From: Ignicoccus islandicus DSM 13165
Lineage (GTDB): Archaea; Thermoproteota; Thermoprotei_A; Sulfolobales; Ignicoccaceae
Assembly: GCF_001481685.1 (NCBI RefSeq)
Contig: NZ_CP006867.1
Coordinates: 1,140,001 to 1,172,000 of the forward strand
Length of the DNA stretch: 32,000 nucleotides
Direction of reading: 5' to 3'
Shown: positions 27,665 through 32,000 of the stretch, in pieces
How positions within the stretch are numbered: the first letter of the stretch is position 1
Layout of the letters: each line of letters opens with the position of its first letter
The notes under the pieces: model-generated
The model's input: only the letters and a program-made list of their open reading frames with translations
What the model was told of the DNA's origin: nothing
Databases searched by the model: none
Position numbers and translations under genes: made by a program

Positions 27665-28549
27665 TTGTGCGGAATCGCAGGAATTATGATTAAAGATAAG
27701 GAGGCCGATGTTGGGCAAAGCCTTTATGAAATGTTGAAGAGTTTGCAACATAGGGGAATGGATTCCGCGGGAACCGCCATTTACAATAATCAAAATCACT
27801 GGTTAATTAGGTTCGTCGTTGAAAATGAACCAAACGAAATAGCAAAGAAGATAAGGTATATGATAAACGTAATAGACTTTAAGAGCAAGAAATTGAACGA
27901 TGGTAACTACATGTTGGAAGCACGCGTCCCCGCGGACGTATCGCTGGAAGAACTAAAGACTATTATAAGGAAATATTCCCTATCAGTCTTGTCGATTGGT
28001 AGAAAGTCGGTAATATCCAAAGACGTCGGGTTAGTAGACGACGTAGAAAGGGTCTTCGAGTTCAGCAAATTGAAGGGAACCCATGGGATAGGTCACGTAA
28101 GGTTCTCAACTGAAAGCGCGGTAGATGCTCTCCACGCTCATCCGTTCCAGACCTTCGATTTCCCAGACATAGCTATCGTTCACAACGGTCAGATTACTAA
28201 CTATTGGAAGAGAAGGGAGATATTAGAGCTCGAAGGCCACGTCTTCCAAACCGATAACGATTCCGAGTTGATAATTCACTATATTGTGAATAAATTAAGA
28301 AAAGGTTATAGTTTAGAAGAAGCTCTCCATGAGGCAGTAAGGGACTTGGATGGTCCCTTCGCTTTTCTCATATCAATGCCTGAGGGAATAGGTATGGCAA
28401 GAGATAGGCTTGGCCTCAGACCTCTCGTTACCTCCGAAAGCGATGAAGTATTGGTAGCTGCTTCAGAGGAGGTAGCAATAAGGAAAGTCTTGCCCGAGGG
28501 TAAAATCACCTATCTAAGGCCTGGAGAGGTGGAAGTATGGAAGTTGTGA
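27665..28549 (+). CDS. Glutamate synthase GATase (class II amidotransferase) domain protein, archaeal GltB1 type
   Basis: TTG start followed by catalytic Cys 'MCGIAGIM', 'SLQHRGMDSAG', 'GHVRFST', 'HNGQITNY', and 'DNDSELI'. Confidence 0.92.
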   Translation: MCGIAGIMIKDKEADVGQSLYEMLKSLQHRGMDSAGTAIYNNQNHWLIRFVVENEPNEIAKKIRYMINVIDFKSKKLNDGNYMLEARVPADVSLEELKTIIRKYSLSVLSIGRKSVISKDVGLVDDVERVFEFSKLKGTHGIGHVRFSTESAVDALHAHPFQTFDFPDIAIVHNGQITNYWKRREILELEGHVFQTDNDSELIIHYIVNKLRKGYSLEEALHEAVRDLDGPFAFLISMPEGIGMARDRLGLRPLVTSESDEVLVAASEEVAIRKVLPEGKITYLRPGEVEVWKL

Positions 28550-30702
28550 AGATAGACGCAAGGAACATGACTCCGAAGGAACTTAACAGAGAACTTAATA
28601 ACAAATCTAAGTACGCTAAGAAAATAGTGGTTCTCAACCCCAACGCTAAACACTACATTGCAGCAGGACTAGTTGCTGAAGTGGAAGTTGAAGTGAAAGG
28701 TAGCGCAGGTTACTTCCTAGGTACAATGATTCACGGACCTAAGATAGTTCTCGAAGGTAACGCCGGGTGGTACGCTGGAGATAACATGACGATGGGTGAG
28801 ATAATAGTAAAAGGTCACGCCGGAAACGGCGTAGGTCAGTACATGTACGGAGGCACGATAGTGGTCCATGGGGACGCTGGCGATAGAAGCGCTGCCCTCA
28901 TGAAAGGCGGGACCGTAATAGTCAACGGAGACGCTGGCTTAATGACAGGACTCTACATGATGGGTGGTAAGGTAATAGTTCTCGGCGATCTAAACGAGTA
29001 CGCCGGAGAGATGATAATAAACGGCAAGATATACGTAGGTGGCGCTCCAAAGAGCTTGGGTAAGAACGCAAAGCTCGTGGAAGCTCCCAAAGAGGAGGTA
29101 GAGGAGGTAAACGCGCTCCTCAAGAAATACGGCCTTAAGGGTAAGGACAGTTACTACGTGGTTGTTCCGAAGAGCCTTAGGCCCGTTTACAAGCCGCCTT
29201 CCGGTACTCCAGCTTTAAAGAAGCTCTTTCCTAAGTACATTACATATTTCACTTACGAACTATGTATTGGTTGCGGCGTATGTGCTAGGGTATGTCCGGA
29301 AAACGTAATTAAAATGGTTGGAAACAAACCAGTAACCGCCAGGCAAGCGGATTGCATTGGATGTTACGCTTGCGTTAATTACTGTCCGACCGACGCGGTA
29401 AAGGTGATCAGAGCTGCCGAAAGCATGACTAACAGAGCAGGTCTCAATGCGTCAAAGTATAACTACATAAGGCAAATGGCTTCCGTAGGTCACCCACCAG
29501 TAGTAGGCATGGGGGCTGAGAACAAGTACTTCCCGTCGCTAGATCAATTGACCTTCATTCCCGGCCAGACGTCGAGACCTCCTATAGACAGTTACAGGGA
29601 ACCGTGCGACACCGAAGTAGTGCTAGGCGATAGGTTCGCTGAGAAGCCTTTGGTATTGAAGGCTCCAATAATGATAGGTGCAATGAGCTTCGGTTCGGTT
29701 AGCAAGGAGGTCAAAATAGCCCTTGCTAAAGCAGCGGGAAGGTTAGGCATAGCTGCAAACACTGGAGAAGGCGGAATGCTACCTGAGGAAAGGATGTACG
29801 CGAAAGTCCTGATCGTTCAGTACGCCTCAGGGAGGTTCGGTGTCTCGGCTAGCTACTTGAGGTCGGGAGATGCCGTCGAGATAAAGATAGGGCAAGGAGC
29901 CAAGCCCGGTATGGGAGGTCTTCTACTAGGAGAGAAGGTTACTCAAGACATAGCCAAGATGAGAGGGATACCAGTTGGAACTGACGCAATAAGTCCAGCT
30001 AGGCACTTAGACATAGTTGGACCCGAAGATCTGAAGATGAAGATAGAACAACTAAGGGAAATAACTGAATGGAAAGTACCTATAATAGTCAAGTACGCTG
30101 CTGGTAGAGTTGCGGACGACGTTAAGATAGCTGCTAAGGCTGGAGCGGACATAATAGTAATAGATGGAAAGCCTTCCGGAACGGGGGCAACGCCCTACAT
30201 AGTAACTGAACACACGGGTTACTCCACTATGGCCGCAGTCGTGGAGGCGCACAAGGCCTTAAAGGAGATAGGTTTGAGAGACAAAGTTAGCCTAGTAGTT
30301 GGCGGAGGAATAACTAACGGTGCTGACGCCGCTAAGGTGTTAGCTCTGGGAGCAGATGCCGTTATGATAGCTTCCGCAACTTTGGTTCCAATTGGCTGTA
30401 CCTACTGTGGAACTTGCCACAACGGCAAATGTCCTTATGGAATTGCAACTCAGAGGCCCGAGCTCAGGAGGAGGATCAACGTTGAATTGGCCGCAAAGAG
30501 AATAGAGAATTACTTACGTGCGTTAATTGAAGAGATGTGTATGTTCGCGCAACTTGCAGGAAAGAGCAAATTAAGTAACCTAGAAAAAGAGGACTTGCGC
30601 GCGCTAACGCCCGAAGCCTCCCTACTCACGGGCGTTAAGCTAATGGGAATAGAACAACCAATGGAGTCGCTGCTTAAGAGGAACTCTCAGAGAGGCCAGT
30701 AA
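28537..30702 (+). CDS. Glutamate synthase GXGXG + 4Fe-4S + FMN-binding fusion protein
   Basis: 721 aa; N-terminal beta-helix-like Gly repeats ('GNAGWYAGDNMTMGEIIVKGHAGNGVGQYMYGG'), two 4Fe-4S motifs ('CIGCGVCARVCP', 'CIGCYACVNYCP'), and C-terminal GltS FMN domain ('GEGGMLPEER', 'GQGAKPGMGG', 'GGGITNGADAAKVLALGADAVMI'). Confidence 0.94.
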   Translation: MEVVKIDARNMTPKELNRELNNKSKYAKKIVVLNPNAKHYIAAGLVAEVEVEVKGSAGYFLGTMIHGPKIVLEGNAGWYAGDNMTMGEIIVKGHAGNGVGQYMYGGTIVVHGDAGDRSAALMKGGTVIVNGDAGLMTGLYMMGGKVIVLGDLNEYAGEMIINGKIYVGGAPKSLGKNAKLVEAPKEEVEEVNALLKKYGLKGKDSYYVVVPKSLRPVYKPPSGTPALKKLFPKYITYFTYELCIGCGVCARVCPENVIKMVGNKPVTARQADCIGCYACVNYCPTDAVKVIRAAESMTNRAGLNASKYNYIRQMASVGHPPVVGMGAENKYFPSLDQLTFIPGQTSRPPIDSYREPCDTEVVLGDRFAEKPLVLKAPIMIGAMSFGSVSKEVKIALAKAAGRLGIAANTGEGGMLPEERMYAKVLIVQYASGRFGVSASYLRSGDAVEIKIGQGAKPGMGGLLLGEKVTQDIAKMRGIPVGTDAISPARHLDIVGPEDLKMKIEQLREITEWKVPIIVKYAAGRVADDVKIAAKAGADIIVIDGKPSGTGATPYIVTEHTGYSTMAAVVEAHKALKEIGLRDKVSLVVGGGITNGADAAKVLALGADAVMIASATLVPIGCTYCGTCHNGKCPYGIATQRPELRRRINVELAAKRIENYLRALIEEMCMFAQLAGKSKLSNLEKEDLRALTPEASLLTGVKLMGIEQPMESLLKRNSQRGQ

Positions 30703-31721
30703 CTCCTCAACTCCACTTTTACGTTTTCCACGTAGTGTTCCACTTCTTCCATTGGTATAGCCTCTACAGATGTCTTTTCAGAGAAGATTTGCTTCCTCCC
30801 CGCTAGCGTCGCGTTTAAAGTACTCTTCGCAACAACCCATTCAACGTATCCGCCTTCTAATGCTATTACAATAGGGATTCCCATACTCTCTGCGAAATAG
30901 TATATCTCGTTGATTAGCTGCCATTGGCCGTTGAGCGTTAATGAGAATTCCGCTAGCGGGTCCTCCCAATGGGTGTCCCAACCAGCTGAGACTAAAATGA
31001 GATTGGGTTGATATGCCTCTAATATTGGTAACGCGATCCTGTCGAACGCATATAGTATTTGATCATCGTTCGTCCCAGGAGGCAACGCTATGTTTACAGT
31101 ATACCCTTCGCCCTTTCCCCTTCCCTTTTGGTAAGGGAAGCCCTCGAAAGGATATAACGTTCGAGGGTCTTGATGAGTGCTTATGTAAAGTACCTCATCA
31201 GTATCGTAGAAGATATACGCTGTCCCATCGCCCCAATGCACGTCGATGTCTATGATAGCAACCTTTAAACCGAGTCTCCTAGCTTTTTCGGCTGCCAAGG
31301 CCACGTTATTGAATATACAGAAACCCTTGCCCTTGTTCCTTCTAGCGTGATGGCCCGGCGGTCTTACAGCGGTTACGGCCAAGTAGTGTTTGCCTTCAAT
31401 TGCATTCATTGCTGCGTAGCTCACAGTTCCAGCAGCCGCTAGCGCCGCTTCCCAGCTATCGCCTGATACGTAAGTATCAGGGTCTAGCATACCACCGCCG
31501 ACTTCGACCATCTGCTTAACGTAGGCAACGTACTCCGGGTCGTGAATCAAATGTAACTCTTTCTCATCTACCAAAACTGGGGAACGGACCTCAACCTCGC
31601 TTCCCAGCTCAGTTCTCTTTAAGAGATCTAGAATGGCCTTGATCCTTCCGGGGTGTTCCGGGTGTCGAAATGGAGGGGTATGTTTTAGGAACACTTCTCC
31701 AATATAAAGGGCTCTCTCCAT
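30687..31721 (-). CDS. Histone-deacetylase/AcuC-family deacetylase
   Basis: 'FRHPEHPGRIKAI', 'TAVRPPGHHARRNKGKGFCIFNNVALAA', 'VAIIDIDVHWGDGTAYIFY', 'VSAGWDTHWEDPL', and 'ALEGGY'. Confidence 0.95.
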   Translation of the reverse strand: MERALYIGEVFLKHTPPFRHPEHPGRIKAILDLLKRTELGSEVEVRSPVLVDEKELHLIHDPEYVAYVKQMVEVGGGMLDPDTYVSGDSWEAALAAAGTVSYAAMNAIEGKHYLAVTAVRPPGHHARRNKGKGFCIFNNVALAAEKARRLGLKVAIIDIDVHWGDGTAYIFYDTDEVLYISTHQDPRTLYPFEGFPYQKGRGKGEGYTVNIALPPGTNDDQILYAFDRIALPILEAYQPNLILVSAGWDTHWEDPLAEFSLTLNGQWQLINEIYYFAESMGIPIVIALEGGYVEWVVAKSTLNATLAGRKQIFSEKTSVEAIPMEEVEHYVENVKVELRSYWPL

Positions 31722-31785
31722 GATTCAAGTCCAATGAGAAATGTGAGTCAAAGAAGGATAAAAAAGTGGTTTTAGATATATTAGG

Positions 31786-32000
31786 TTAACCTACAACGAT
31801 TACGCTTGTAGTATACATAGATGGCCAGAAGGCCTCTTTGCTGTATGCTATTACCTTTACGGTATAGGTACCGGAGGTCCAGTTCTGAGTTTCTTCGCTC
31901 GTTATAGTTATGGTGTACTTACCGGGTGCCTTCTCCTTGGCGAAATCGGAGTAGACGAGCTTTCCGTCAGCTGAGTAGATAGCAACGAAGACCTTAGCAT
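31786..32000 (-). CDS. C-terminal fragment of a CDS continuing past the window edge; Ig-like/beta-rich protein
   Basis: Manual translation: ...AKVFVAIYSADGKLVYSDFAKEKAPGKYTITITSEETQNWTSGTYTVKVIAYSKEAFWPSMYTTSVIVVG*. Absent from the track; upstream part is outside the window. Confidence 0.7.
   Translation of the reverse strand, partial: AKVFVAIYSADGKLVYSDFAKEKAPGKYTITITSEETQNWTSGTYTVKVIAYSKEAFWPSMYTTSVIVVG

Noticed and set aside
1-32000. CRISPR array near the Cas6-like gene or elsewhere
   Set aside because: No 24-37 bp exact repeats at regular 60-70 bp spacing were seen by eye. The 27-bp repeat occurs only twice, ~1.47 kb apart, with a gene between.
1-32000. tRNA, rRNA or C/D box sRNA genes
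   Set aside because: No cloverleaf with TTCRA/T-arm or convincing C/D box pairs could be identified by eye; tRNAscan-SE and snoscan would be decisive.

Overview
This window looks like an archaeal, probably crenarchaeal, housekeeping segment. It is densely packed, with many short gene overlaps and TTG/GTG starts. Features read from the sequence: type IA topoisomerase; a membrane protein; a Cys-rich secreted WD40-like protein; a translation operon (S19e, PDCD5-like, L39e, L31e, eIF6) followed by a radical SAM protein, a DUF763 protein and a NOL1/NOP2/Sun-type RNA methyltransferase; a hendecad-repeat coiled-coil protein; a stand-alone Cas6-like gene; AlaRS; a block of small poorly characterised genes, including a DUF1028-like gene mis-started in the supplied ORF track; CBS and degenerate metallo-beta-lactamase-like proteins; TrmO-like; an ABC exporter; a VTT/DedA-like protein; PurA; GMP synthase subunit A; TauE/SafE; a FAD dehydrogenase; Topo VI subunit A; a split/fused archaeal glutamate synthase; an HDAC-family protein; and a partial CDS at the right edge. 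No CRISPR array, rRNA, tRNA or transposon was recognised. I found no convincing new multi-gene system. The most notable observations are a DUF1028-family gene whose only well-placed start codon is ACG behind a perfect Shine-Dalgarno, an orphan cas6 next to a hendecad coiled-coil gene, and an exact 27-bp promoter-like repeat shared by a secreted protein gene and the ribosomal operon.
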